NCBI GenBank assembly: GCA_040767965.1
Contig: JAXGNR010000006.1
Location: 64,001-128,000 of the forward strand
Reading direction: 5' to 3'
Source of the DNA: Atribacterota bacterium
GTDB taxonomy: Bacteria > Atribacterota > Phoenicimicrobiia > Phoenicimicrobiales > Stramentimicrobiaceae
Length of the DNA stretch: 64,000 nucleotides
A program made the translations under genes and the position numbers. The notes beneath the pieces are model-generated. The model did no database searches. It had not been told where the DNA came from and saw only the letters and a program-made list of their open reading frames with translations. Positions 39,465 through 49,732 of the stretch are shown in pieces; the first letter of the stretch is position 1; each line of letters opens with the position of its first letter.

Positions 39465-41126
39465 TTATTTTATTTTCTTCTCCTGCGCTTCCTGCAAAGG
39501 AAATTTTATCCCCAGTTGTTTGGCAGATATGGAAGACAGCAAATATATAGCAATATATAATAAAACTACACCTATTACTAAATCTATGATAACCGGTACT
39601 CCAATACCTGCCAGAATATAACAAATAGCTGCTATCAATGCTACAGTAAACGCATAAGGAATTTGAGTTCTAACATGATCGATATGGTCAGACCCGGCAA
39701 AAGTTGAGGACATAACTGTAGTATCAGATATAGGACTACAATGATCACCCATAACCGCACCAGTTAATACACTTGAAATTACAATAGGTAAAGCAGCTCC
39801 AACGCTTACTCCTAAAGGGATGACAATTGGGGTAACAATTGCCATAGTGCCCCAGGAAGTACCAGTTGAGATTGCCACCAGAGCTGAAACTATAAATGTA
39901 ATTATTGGTAGGATTACAGGAGATAAGAATCCTCCTAAGACTCCTACTATGTACGGAGCAGTCCCTAGCTCATCACATATACTGCCAATTGACCAGGCAG
40001 TAATTAATATTAAAGTTGCATATACCATCATCCTTGCTCCATTCATAAAAGAGTCCATAATTTCTGCTACCGAAGCAATTTTTTGAACAATATACATTAT
40101 CATTGCAATTATAAAAGAGATCAAGGTTGCCAATAGTATTGAAAACATGGAATCTGCATCAGATATAGCCTGTGAGAAAGAACCAGCCTCACTGCCTCCT
40201 CCTGTAGACCACATAAAATAAAATGATAATAATACTAATAAAACAATAGGCAACCACAGGTTTATTGGCTTTAAAGAAGCCTTTTCTGCTACTTTTAATT
40301 CTGATGTTCCGGATAAAGGTCTAGAATCTTGCGCCCAGAGTTCCCCGGTAGTTCTTGCTCTTATTTCTGCTTTTAACATTGGACCATAATCTCTACCAGT
40401 ATAAGCAATTATTCCCACCATTAGAATGGCAAAGATGGAATAAAAACTATAAGGAATACTGCTTAACCAGAGAAAATACGGGGAAACAGTGATAGTTTCC
40501 GGAAGAGCATCTCCTATTATCCCAACCTGATAGCCAATCCAGGTAGAAATAAGAAATATTGAAGAAACCGGAGCGGCAGTTGAATCTACAATATAAGCTA
40601 ATTTTTCTCTAGAAACCTGATATTTATCAGAAAGAGGACGGAATAAATTTCCAATAAAAGCTGAGTTAGCATAATCATCAATAAAAATCACAATTCCTCC
40701 TAACCAGGAAAAAAGCTGTGCCATTTTAGAATTATGAGCCTTTTTACTAACTGATTCTAAAAATGCCTGTCCTCCTCCAGAAAAAAAGATCATACCCATC
40801 AATCCGCCAACTAAAAAGAAAAAGAGAATAATACTGGCATTCCAGGAATCGGCTACGGAAGAAACTAAAGTGCTGGCTGTAGTGTTGACTCCCGCCCAAA
40901 GATTTCCACCATTCAGGATAGTACCACCAACCCAAACAGCAATAAACAAAGATATCAAAGCTTCCTTTAATATCATGCACAATGTAATAGCCAAAATAGG
41001 AGGTACTAAAGACCAGATGCCGAAGTTACCCTCAGCCACATCTTCATTTGCTCCAACGGTTATAGATAAGAACAATAGAATAAAAAATATAAAACAAAAT
41101 GTGAAAATACTTCTTTTACGAAACAT
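39465..41126 (-). CDS. NhaC-family transporter, probable lysine transporter (LysW-like)
   Basis: IDDYAN, SREKLAYIVDSTAAP, STGTSWGT, GDHCSPISDTT, HVRTQ; lysine riboswitch upstream. Confidence 0.85.
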   Translation of the reverse strand: MFRKRSIFTFCFIFFILLFLSITVGANEDVAEGNFGIWSLVPPILAITLCMILKEALISLFIAVWVGGTILNGGNLWAGVNTTASTLVSSVADSWNASIILFFFLVGGLMGMIFFSGGGQAFLESVSKKAHNSKMAQLFSWLGGIVIFIDDYANSAFIGNLFRPLSDKYQVSREKLAYIVDSTAAPVSSIFLISTWIGYQVGIIGDALPETITVSPYFLWLSSIPYSFYSIFAILMVGIIAYTGRDYGPMLKAEIRARTTGELWAQDSRPLSGTSELKVAEKASLKPINLWLPIVLLVLLSFYFMWSTGGGSEAGSFSQAISDADSMFSILLATLISFIIAMIMYIVQKIASVAEIMDSFMNGARMMVYATLILITAWSIGSICDELGTAPYIVGVLGGFLSPVILPIITFIVSALVAISTGTSWGTMAIVTPIVIPLGVSVGAALPIVISSVLTGAVMGDHCSPISDTTVMSSTFAGSDHIDHVRTQIPYAFTVALIAAICYILAGIGVPVIIDLVIGVVLLYIAIYLLSSISAKQLGIKFPLQEAQEKKIK

Positions 41127-41272
41127 TGCTAATTATTTCTCCTTCTTAATTTTATTAAAATTAATTATCGTCTTTACACTCAACTAGCAACCTTGAACCA
41201 TTTTATTATCTATAATCAGCTCCTTTCTTTTTTATTTCGCTGTTTTACTGATAAAAGAAAAAGTTAGTAAAC

Positions 41273-41314
41273 AAAAAGAGCAATCAATAAGCGCTGAGCT
41301 CATCGATTGCTCTT
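41273..41314 (-). terminator. Riboswitch expression-platform terminator
   Basis: Minus-strand AAGAGCAATC...GATTGCTCTT followed by a U-tract. The segment GATGAGCTCAGCGC can pair instead with the aptamer 3' end. Confidence 0.75.
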
Positions 41315-41358
41315 GATAAAAAGTAAATTAATTTGTACCTCCCTTTTGTCTCTCCTCG

Positions 41359-41543
41359 ATGAGATAGCGCACCATCAAAGACCGGGAGCTGTCTTTGATG
41401 ACAGTGCTATGATTGTTGATCATAGTCCCAGCCTGGATCCTAGAGCATCAGATGCCAGACTTCGGCGAAGATTCCTTTTCTGATAATTCATTGCTGCTCA
41501 GCTCATTATCAGTACTCTTAATCATTCGCGCCTCTACCCCACT
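41359..41543 (-). ncRNA. Lysine riboswitch (L-box)
   Basis: Minus strand GGTAGAGGCGCG..AAGAGTA..GAAAAGG..CGCCGAA..CTGGG..ACTGTC..GGTGCGCTATCTC. Confidence 0.92.
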
Positions 41544-41756
41544 TCAGAATAAAAGTGAGGTGATACTATATTCAATTTATTTCAAACTAACATAATAAAA
41601 TTAAAAAGTCAATTCTTTTAATGGTTCGTTTTCTTCTTTTAAACAAACCTTTTAAAACACTTTGCAATCCTTAATATTTTATTAAAGTATTCATTAAGAT
41701 CTTTCGCTTGGTATTATCACTTTTTAGAAACGAAACTGTCAATCTAATATGCTATT

Positions 41757-43034
41757 TTAAAATAAATTTTTTATTAATGTAAAATCTCCAGATTTAGCTG
41801 CTTGTAAAATTGGTGCCATATACTCATCAATCAGACTGGCATTAAGCGGTACCGGCATATTCTTCAATTTCATATCCAATTGAGGGTTTTTTGCTGCTTT
41901 TAGTGCTCTTGTAATATATTCATCATTAAAACCTGGTAATTCACTTAAAGTGGCTGGGGCATCTATACTTCTGTTGAAGTTAACTAACCCTTGGGCTACT
42001 GCTATCCCAAGCTCTTTTCCCGAGAGAATATCAGTATTTTCAGTTATAATATCATTTTTTTGTAATATTCTTCCAATAACTTTTAATTGCCTTTCAATTG
42101 CTGGAGCAAAAAATACAGTGTAATAAGGATTCATAATCCCACAAGCACGGCCATGACTGGTAAGATCTACCAGAGAAAAACTGGTTAAATGAGCACCATT
42201 TGTTCCGCCTACCATAATAGCATACCCGCCTAAATCAGTTGCCAATCCAAGAGCTTCTCTTGCTTCCAGGTTATTTGGTTCTTCAATTGCACCTCTAGTG
42301 TTTTTTATTACTAATTCTAACGCTGTAGCAGTTATCTCGCTGACTAATTCGAATTTATCTTCTCCGATACCATAAAATACTTCCAGGGTATGGGCAATAC
42401 CATCCAAAGCCCCGTCTATGGTTAGATTTTTAGGCATACTGGAAGTTACAGAATAATCAAACATGGCTATCTCGGGAATAATAGCATCATCTACAATTAA
42501 TTTTTTCTGTCCCTCTACTGGATCAGTTATATTGCTATATTTTGTTAAGTGAGCTGCAGAGCTTGCTGAGGTTTGCATGGCTATTAAAGGCCATAATTTT
42601 TTATCGCTTTCTTGCAATGCTTTCGTTACAAGGCCAGTTCCGAAGTAATCATCTATCTCAGGGCTTACTAAACCTACACTTGCTAAAGCATTAGCAGCCT
42701 TTACACAATCAATTACACTTCCGCCTCCTATTGCAATAAGGCAATCAGGCTGATAATGAAGTATATAACTTTCTACTCGATAAACATCCTCTCTAGGGGT
42801 ATTGGGTTTTGCTCCTGGGGCAAAACGATTACCAGATAACTGAATATTATTTTTTTCAAGAGAGGAAAGAACTTTGGTCATATCTTCGCTTTCCCGAGAT
42901 TTATTAGAAATTATCAATGCTTTTTCTCCATATCTCGCAGCAATACTCCCTATCTGATCCATTACATCTAAACCAAATATATAGTTGTCTTTTTTAAAAT
43001 TTTTAATTAATTGATAAGCTTTTTCTTTTAACAT
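41757..43034 (-). CDS. Iron-containing alcohol dehydrogenase family protein
   Basis: IGGGSVIDCVK, DGALDGIAH..E, GTNGAH, HGRAC. Confidence 0.85.
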   Translation of the reverse strand: MLKEKAYQLIKNFKKDNYIFGLDVMDQIGSIAARYGEKALIISNKSRESEDMTKVLSSLEKNNIQLSGNRFAPGAKPNTPREDVYRVESYILHYQPDCLIAIGGGSVIDCVKAANALASVGLVSPEIDDYFGTGLVTKALQESDKKLWPLIAMQTSASSAAHLTKYSNITDPVEGQKKLIVDDAIIPEIAMFDYSVTSSMPKNLTIDGALDGIAHTLEVFYGIGEDKFELVSEITATALELVIKNTRGAIEEPNNLEAREALGLATDLGGYAIMVGGTNGAHLTSFSLVDLTSHGRACGIMNPYYTVFFAPAIERQLKVIGRILQKNDIITENTDILSGKELGIAVAQGLVNFNRSIDAPATLSELPGFNDEYITRALKAAKNPQLDMKLKNMPVPLNASLIDEYMAPILQAAKSGDFTLIKNLF

Positions 43035-43094
43035 AATTAAACTCCTTATTAAAAGTAAAATTTGTTTTTAATATTTTACTTTTATAAATTATTT

Positions 43095-43973
43095 TTAGCT
43101 TATTTTACGAAGTATTTCTCTTAATTTCTCACGTGCTTCATTTGTTAAAGGCTGAATAGGTTTTAATGTATTGCCTACATCTATTCCTTTGATCTTTAAG
43201 CTTTCTTTCATAATAACTGGAAAACTCCCAAGAGAGAAAGCTATTCTTAAAGGAGCCAACTTAAATTGGGCCTCTAAAGAAGCTTTGTAATCTCCTTTTT
43301 TAAATAATTCATAAATGGATACTACTAATTCTGGAACAATATTAGCAGTTGCTGCCACACTTCCATGACCACCATAAGCTAAGAATCCATAAATCAAAGT
43401 ATCTCTTCCTGCTAATACAGCAAAATCTTCCCCTGAACGCCTGATTATTTCAGCAGCTTTACTCATATCTCCACTGCTATCTTTTATTCCCACTATATTA
43501 TCAATACGACTGAGGCGAATAATTAAATCTGTACTCATATCAACTCCTGTTCGTCCAGGATTGTTGTACAAAATAATCGGCAAATCTGTATTAGAGGCTA
43601 TTTCCTGAAAATACAAAAATAATTCTTCTTCACCAGGGCTGATAAAATAAGGAGTTATAACAGACAACGCATCTACTCCTATATCTGTGGCCATTTTAGT
43701 TAATTTTACCGCTTCTTTGGTAGTAATTGCGCCTGTACCGGCATATACCGGAACTCTTTTATCGGTAGCTTCCATGACTGTTTCAATTACTTTTTTCTTT
43801 TCCTCAAAATCAATACCATATCCTTCCCCGGTACTACCAAGCGGAAAAACTCCATGAACTCCTGCCTTAATAAGGTAATCAGTCATTTTTTTTAATACTT
43901 GACAATCCACTTTTTCTATATCATCAAAAGGTGTAATCATAGGAGGTATAATACCCCCGGGTATAAATTTCAT
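43095..43973 (-). CDS. DapA-family aldolase/dehydratase
   Basis: GSTGE, LYNNPGRT, GIKDSSGD; context favours sugar-acid catabolism. Confidence 0.85.
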   Translation of the reverse strand: MKFIPGGIIPPMITPFDDIEKVDCQVLKKMTDYLIKAGVHGVFPLGSTGEGYGIDFEEKKKVIETVMEATDKRVPVYAGTGAITTKEAVKLTKMATDIGVDALSVITPYFISPGEEELFLYFQEIASNTDLPIILYNNPGRTGVDMSTDLIIRLSRIDNIVGIKDSSGDMSKAAEIIRRSGEDFAVLAGRDTLIYGFLAYGGHGSVAATANIVPELVVSIYELFKKGDYKASLEAQFKLAPLRIAFSLGSFPVIMKESLKIKGIDVGNTLKPIQPLTNEAREKLREILRKIS

Positions 43974-44073
43974 TTTTTCTCCTTTAAGTTTGTTCTATCA
44001 TATTCTTCATTAAATTTATCTCTTCAATAAATATATTTCATATTACTTAAATTACTATCAGAACAGAAGTATT

Positions 44074-45033
44074 CTATTTTGGTTTGTTGACTGGCCAGGT
44101 AGGATTTTCTCCTGACAAAACTTCATGAATACCTTGAGCTGCATGTAAAGACATTCTTATTATACATTCTTTGGTAAGCGCAGCATTATGGGGAGTCATT
44201 ATAATATTATCTAACCCAAATAAAGGGTGATTATGCGGAGGTGGTTCCGGGTCAAAAACATCAATAGCTGCACCTCTAATTATCTTTTCCTGAAGAGCTT
44301 GCACTAAATCTTTTTCAATAACCAGGTCTCCCCTGGCAAGGTTAAGGAAAAATGCTGTGGGTTTCATGAGTTTAAATTCTCTTATCCCAACAGATTTCTT
44401 TGTATCTGAAGTAGAAGGGATGTGAATAGAAACAAAATCAGCTTCAGAAAATAATTTATCTTTATCCTCTACTTTGATAATTTCTGCAGGGAAATCTTTT
44501 TTATCTACAAAAGGATCAAAGCCAATGACTTTCATTGAAAGTCCATGGTATGCTTTTTGGGCTAGTTTTTTCCCTATCTTTCCAATTCCCAATACTCCTA
44601 ATACTTTTCCCTCTAAATCCATTCCTATTTGGCGATTTCTAAATTCATAATCACCTCTTCTTGCTGCTTGATCGCTTGTGATTAAATTTCTTGCTAAGGC
44701 AATTATAAATCCTAGGGCTAGTTCAGCTACGGTATTTGAATTTGATTCAGGAGCATTAGTTACATAAATTCCTAATTCTGTTGCTTTTTTAATATCAATA
44801 TTATCAACACCAACCCCATGACGTGAAATAACTTTCAATTTTTTTCCGGCATTTAGAACTTCTGCCGGGAAAGGAGCTGTTCGAGCTAGAATAGCATCGC
44901 AATCAACAACATCTTTTTTTATTTCTTCTACAGTCCAGCCGGAACCCATTTTTATTTCATAACCTTTTTCTAAAAGGTATTGTTTACCCTCTTCGGATAT
45001 ATCTTGAGGAATCAAAACTTTATATGCAACCAT
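44074..45033 (-). CDS. D-isomer-specific 2-hydroxyacid dehydrogenase
   Basis: RHGVGVDNID, GIGKIG, NLARG, DVFDPEP, TPHNA. Confidence 0.9.
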   Translation of the reverse strand: MVAYKVLIPQDISEEGKQYLLEKGYEIKMGSGWTVEEIKKDVVDCDAILARTAPFPAEVLNAGKKLKVISRHGVGVDNIDIKKATELGIYVTNAPESNSNTVAELALGFIIALARNLITSDQAARRGDYEFRNRQIGMDLEGKVLGVLGIGKIGKKLAQKAYHGLSMKVIGFDPFVDKKDFPAEIIKVEDKDKLFSEADFVSIHIPSTSDTKKSVGIREFKLMKPTAFFLNLARGDLVIEKDLVQALQEKIIRGAAIDVFDPEPPPHNHPLFGLDNIIMTPHNAALTKECIIRMSLHAAQGIHEVLSGENPTWPVNKPK

Positions 45034-45070
45034 ATTTTCTCCTTATTTATTATTGTAAAAATCTTCCACC

Positions 45071-45964
45071 TTACTTTTCCTGCAGGGAAATATTATTCAT
45101 CTTCTCATAGAATAAGGCCAGTCCTCCATGATCCAGGTTCTCCTGTCCGTCATTGATCAGTGACTGCATCATCTCCATGACCTGGGATGTTAAGGGCATG
45201 GCATTGTGCAGGGCCTGGCTGGTGGCTAAGACATTATGCAGGTCTTTGACATGCAGGTTGATGCGGAAGCCGGGGTCATAGCTGGAGGAAAACATTCGGG
45301 GTGCCTTGTCTGTCAGACACTGGCTGCCGGCTAATCCTCCTTTTATTGCTTCAAAGATGGCTCTGGGATCTACTTTGGCTTTTTTGCCTAAGGCCAGGGC
45401 TTCTGCTATGATGGCGATATTGACTGCTACAATAGCCTGATTGACTAGTTTGGTAGTGCCTCCTGCTCCGATCTCTCCCACCAGTACCGGTTTACCTAAG
45501 ACTTCCAGGATTGGAAGGACCTGCTTAAAGATCTCTTCTTTTCCTCCTACCATAATAGCCAGCGTTCCCTGGATGGCTTTTTCCTGTCCTCCGCTGACCG
45601 GGGCATCAAGCATGTCTACCTTTTTCTTGGATAGGGATTGAGCCAGGGACTGGGAAACTAAGGGGGCAATAGAGCTCATGTCTATTAGAATCTGGCCTGG
45701 AGAGGCCCCTTCCAGGATGCCGGAAGGACCAAGGACTACCTGTTCTACATCAGGGGAGTTGGGTAACATGGTGATAATGATATCACAGCTACTGGCCAGC
45801 TCGGTTGCAGAAGTGGCTTCTTTCGCTCCCTGAGTGAGCAGTTTCCGAAGATTGTCTTTGCTTCTGTTATAGGCGACCAGAGGGTATCCTGCCTTCAAGA
45901 GGTTTTGGGCCATGGGGAAACCCATGATGCCTGTTCCGATAAATCCGATTGTTTTGGTTTTCAT
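45071..45964 (-). CDS. garR: 2-hydroxy-3-oxopropionate (tartronate semialdehyde) reductase
   Basis: GFIGTGIMG.PMA, DMSSIAP, DAPVSGG, GGLAGS, PGFRINLH.KDL. Confidence 0.8.
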   Translation of the reverse strand: MKTKTIGFIGTGIMGFPMAQNLLKAGYPLVAYNRSKDNLRKLLTQGAKEATSATELASSCDIIITMLPNSPDVEQVVLGPSGILEGASPGQILIDMSSIAPLVSQSLAQSLSKKKVDMLDAPVSGGQEKAIQGTLAIMVGGKEEIFKQVLPILEVLGKPVLVGEIGAGGTTKLVNQAIVAVNIAIIAEALALGKKAKVDPRAIFEAIKGGLAGSQCLTDKAPRMFSSSYDPGFRINLHVKDLHNVLATSQALHNAMPLTSQVMEMMQSLINDGQENLDHGGLALFYEKMNNISLQEK

Positions 45965-46057
45965 ATATATTCTCCTTTCATTTCTAAAAACAGTCCTTTT
46001 AATTAAAATTAATAGGACTACAAATTTTATATTTAATATTACAATTTCTTTCTAAAA

Positions 46058-47329
46058 CTAAAAAAGATTGCCATTTTCATCAAATACAAGTTCATAAGGT
46101 GAAGAATCAATAATTTCTAAATTATTTATATTCTTCGCTATATTTAATAAATTCTCTGATATTTCTATTTCTTTCATGGCAATGGTATTTTTGATTCTGA
46201 CCATTGTAACATCTTTTTTGTTTAAAATATTTGAAGTCTTAATACATGCTTGTATGGCTTGCTTATCACTTTTTAAAACCATTGGAATTTTTACACTTGC
46301 TGGTACTGTTGAAGTTAATGAATTAGGATAGGTTTGTTCAAAAATCATTTTTTTGAAAAAGCGTTGAGTTGTAAAATCAACAATACCGATACCATTTCCA
46401 TTTCCGTGAGACTTTTCTGTCAAATCCAGCACTGCAACTCTAGTTATATCAGGCCCTCCGCTAATAAATTTGGTATGATATTTTCCTACAACATTAGTAT
46501 CGAAACCTGTTCCGCTAATATCTTTTCCTATTTCGTCTATTATTAAAACATCTAATTTATCAAAATATAGTTTAGGAGCTAGTCTTTTTGCTTCTTTTTG
46601 CAGATAAGGTTCTCTTTTCTCAATCTCATCAGTTTTTAAAACTTCTATTTTGCATGTTTCGTGATATGCATTTTCTAAAATACCTATTCCAAAAATAATA
46701 TTTCCTTTTTCTAAAGTAACTTTTGCAATATCCAGGATATTTTCAGCCATCCTGCCAAAACCAAGGTTATGGCAAATATCTGCTCCTTTTTGTTTTCCCA
46801 GGCCAATTGTAACCATTTTTATCAAACCACTTTCATAATCTCCCCGAAAAGCAACATGTGGTTTGATTCTATTGATAATAATAGTTGCATCAGCATTATA
46901 AGCAAATTTATCCATGTACACCGGGAGATTGTTCGATGAAATTCCTACCTGAACTGTTTCCATTGTAGCTTTTATTGGTGCTTCAATGTATTCTTCTGTA
47001 AAACCCATCCCTTCCAGCATACTCCTCTGTCCTGTAGCGGTTGCCCCCCCATGACTGCCCATTGCCGGAACTAGAAATGGCTTAGCGCCGAGATTTTTAA
47101 TCTCTCTTACCAAAATTTTAACCATTAAAGGCAGATTGTTTATTCCTCTACTCCCAACAGCTATAGCTATCTCTTGCCCTTCTTTTATCTGTGCAGTTAA
47201 TTTACTTGTGCGGATATTGTTGATTAGCTCTTCTTCAATATTATTAATTAGTGGCCTTTCAAATATCTGTTTACATTTTACCATTTTAGGAATTTCTATA
47301 TTATCCAATAAATTATCAATTGTACTCAA
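46058..47329 (-). CDS. Lactate-racemase (LarA N-terminal) domain protein
   Basis: AVGSRGI, PAMGSHGGAT..GQ, NRIKPH, GLGKQKGA, GKDISGTG.D. Confidence 0.75.
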   Translation of the reverse strand: MSTIDNLLDNIEIPKMVKCKQIFERPLINNIEEELINNIRTSKLTAQIKEGQEIAIAVGSRGINNLPLMVKILVREIKNLGAKPFLVPAMGSHGGATATGQRSMLEGMGFTEEYIEAPIKATMETVQVGISSNNLPVYMDKFAYNADATIIINRIKPHVAFRGDYESGLIKMVTIGLGKQKGADICHNLGFGRMAENILDIAKVTLEKGNIIFGIGILENAYHETCKIEVLKTDEIEKREPYLQKEAKRLAPKLYFDKLDVLIIDEIGKDISGTGFDTNVVGKYHTKFISGGPDITRVAVLDLTEKSHGNGNGIGIVDFTTQRFFKKMIFEQTYPNSLTSTVPASVKIPMVLKSDKQAIQACIKTSNILNKKDVTMVRIKNTIAMKEIEISENLLNIAKNINNLEIIDSSPYELVFDENGNLF

Positions 47330-47663
47330 TTCTCCACCTGCTTTCTTAATTATTTGATTATGTATAAATACTATTTATTATTTTTGGTTTTAAAGTTTAA
47401 TAAATGAAGTTATTTTGGCCTCACAAGATTAAAATATCTGTTCAAAATAAACTGATAGACTTTCTTAATGTTAAGACAATAAAAATTATTTTGCAAGTAT
47501 TATCAATTTTTATATAGAACTAAATAGTATTATAATTTCTTTTAGTATTAGTGATTTTATTGTTTTTATGTTCAGGCAGAAAATCAGCTTTTAATTTTCA
47601 AAAGAAAATTTTAATATTTTATTTTCAAAAGTTAAATAAACTTTATAAAATATTTTTCTAATT

Positions 47664-49496
47664 TTAGTTATATAAGTCTGGTTCTATTATTTCTTTACGA
47701 TATTCTTCTTTTGCTTTTTTAAGCCTATCAATTTGTGATTCTAGTTCAATTGAGAGTTTTTTGGGTAGGTCTATTTTCGCAAAAACTTGCTTCATTCTAG
47801 CCATTTTTTCGAGATATTTATCAATTTTTAAAGAAAACTGAGCAATATACTCTTGTTTGGTATATTCCTTCTTTAATTCTCTTTTAAATAAATTATGAAG
47901 GTCATCATAAAGAGGTATTTTACCAACAGGGGTTTCTATAGCCTCATATTCATTGTGTATTCTGCCTTCAGCCCAAATAACCCAAATAATTTTGTCCACT
48001 TTGCTGTTAAGAAATGAGCCCTGTTCGTCTTTTAAAAAATAATTAGTAGCAAATACTTTTGGAATTCTCCGTATTCCTTCTTGAAAATAAACATGACTGT
48101 TTAAATATGTAGAAAAAGGAACAGAAATAAAATCAAGGTTGGCCATGGGATTATGTTTACGGACACCTTGTTGTCCTAATGTAGCAGCTGTTGTTTCAGA
48201 TTCCAGTGTTGCACCAATCAACACCCCGTGTATCCAATTCAATGCTTCTACTACTGGCATTGAAGTATCAGAATCTCTACCTCCATAGATAAAACCATCT
48301 ATCGGCACTCCCATAGGATTTTCAGCTTCTTTATCAATGTTTTCTAATTCAGATAAACGGATAGTATAACGGGCATTTTTATGAGAAGGATCAATTGTAT
48401 TCCCAATTGCGTCTTTTTTTCCATAATACCATTCCCCACTATAATTGATTCCCTCTTTAGGTAATTCTTTCCCCATTCCCATCCAATATGGAATGCTTTC
48501 CTTAACAAGTACATTGGAAAAAATTATTTCCCTTGGAGTGGTTAATGCTTTATAAATTTCCGGATCATCATCAGGATTGACATCTTCAATAATGCCAAAG
48601 ATCCCTTTTTCCACATTTACTGCTTTTATTTCTCCATTAATTTTCCTTAAATAAGCTATATCGTCTCCAACAATAGTCTGTCCTGGCAGCATAGCTGTGC
48701 TGGTTTTGCCACAAGCACTGGGGAAAGCTCCTGTAAAATAAGTAACTCTATTTTTTGAACCGTGGACACCCATAATAAACATATGTTCTGCTAACCAGCC
48801 TTCATTTTGAGCTTTTTGGATTGCCAGTCTTAATGCTAACTTTTTTAATCCTACAGTATTTCCAGCATATTGGCAGTTAACTGAATAAACACAATTTTCT
48901 TCCAGGTCAATATAAACCCTTTTCTTGTCAACATCAATACTGATATTGTTCTCTAATCTCCCGGCTGAATGTAAGAAATAGAAATATTTGTCTGTCTCCT
49001 TTAAGGATTTAAATCCTTCATAATTACTGCGGTAAAGTAAATCTTCACTATGAGCAACATACGCAGAATCAGTAATCTGTAAAGCTGGAGCTGAAAAAAC
49101 TGAACCTGCAGGACCCAAAGAAAAGAAACGCACTAACATTTCTTTATTTTTCATACTCCCTTTAAGGTATGATTTTATTTCCTCTAAACCTTTTTTCTTT
49201 TCTATTGAATTTACATCAATTCCCCAGTTCACTTTCTGAGAAACAAGATAACGAGTAATATCTTTATCTCTACCCTGGTCATTGTATCCATCAAAATGAA
49301 TAGTATGTCCCGGTAATTTTAATTTCTTTTCTTCGCCATTTTTTAAAGATAATTCTCTGATATACTGTATATCTGCAGGGTCATCAGTAATTATTGTAAC
49401 TTTTTCAGGTTGACAAAGTTTGATTGCCTCCAGAACACGTTGCTTAACAGAGGTATTACCCAAAGCCTCTAGTTTTTTTATATAGGTACTATCCAT
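47664..49496 (-). CDS. pckA: Phosphoenolpyruvate carboxykinase (GTP)
   Basis: WLAEHM, GAFPSACGKTSTAM, VGDDIAY, GGRD, ETTAA. Confidence 0.93.
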   Translation of the reverse strand: MDSTYIKKLEALGNTSVKQRVLEAIKLCQPEKVTIITDDPADIQYIRELSLKNGEEKKLKLPGHTIHFDGYNDQGRDKDITRYLVSQKVNWGIDVNSIEKKKGLEEIKSYLKGSMKNKEMLVRFFSLGPAGSVFSAPALQITDSAYVAHSEDLLYRSNYEGFKSLKETDKYFYFLHSAGRLENNISIDVDKKRVYIDLEENCVYSVNCQYAGNTVGLKKLALRLAIQKAQNEGWLAEHMFIMGVHGSKNRVTYFTGAFPSACGKTSTAMLPGQTIVGDDIAYLRKINGEIKAVNVEKGIFGIIEDVNPDDDPEIYKALTTPREIIFSNVLVKESIPYWMGMGKELPKEGINYSGEWYYGKKDAIGNTIDPSHKNARYTIRLSELENIDKEAENPMGVPIDGFIYGGRDSDTSMPVVEALNWIHGVLIGATLESETTAATLGQQGVRKHNPMANLDFISVPFSTYLNSHVYFQEGIRRIPKVFATNYFLKDEQGSFLNSKVDKIIWVIWAEGRIHNEYEAIETPVGKIPLYDDLHNLFKRELKKEYTKQEYIAQFSLKIDKYLEKMARMKQVFAKIDLPKKLSIELESQIDRLKKAKEEYRKEIIEPDLYN

Positions 49497-49732
49497 ATGC
49501 TTACCTCTTTTCCTCTGTTTAAAATGAATAAAAGCTGTTAATGCTTTTGATTTTAAATATTTTACTATAATATAGTATCATTGAAGACAGGTCAAGATGC
49601 AGAATTTATTATATGGCGGTTTCTTCAATAAATGTTAGATGTGCAAAATGAATGGCTGGCTACCTTATTGAGGAAAACTAACTGATGCATTATAATTAGG
49701 TATTATAATTCTTAAAATACTAAGGAGACTAT

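Noticed and set aside
41413-41595. 60-aa + strand ORF
   Set aside because: Antisense to the lysine riboswitch, which explains the sequence.
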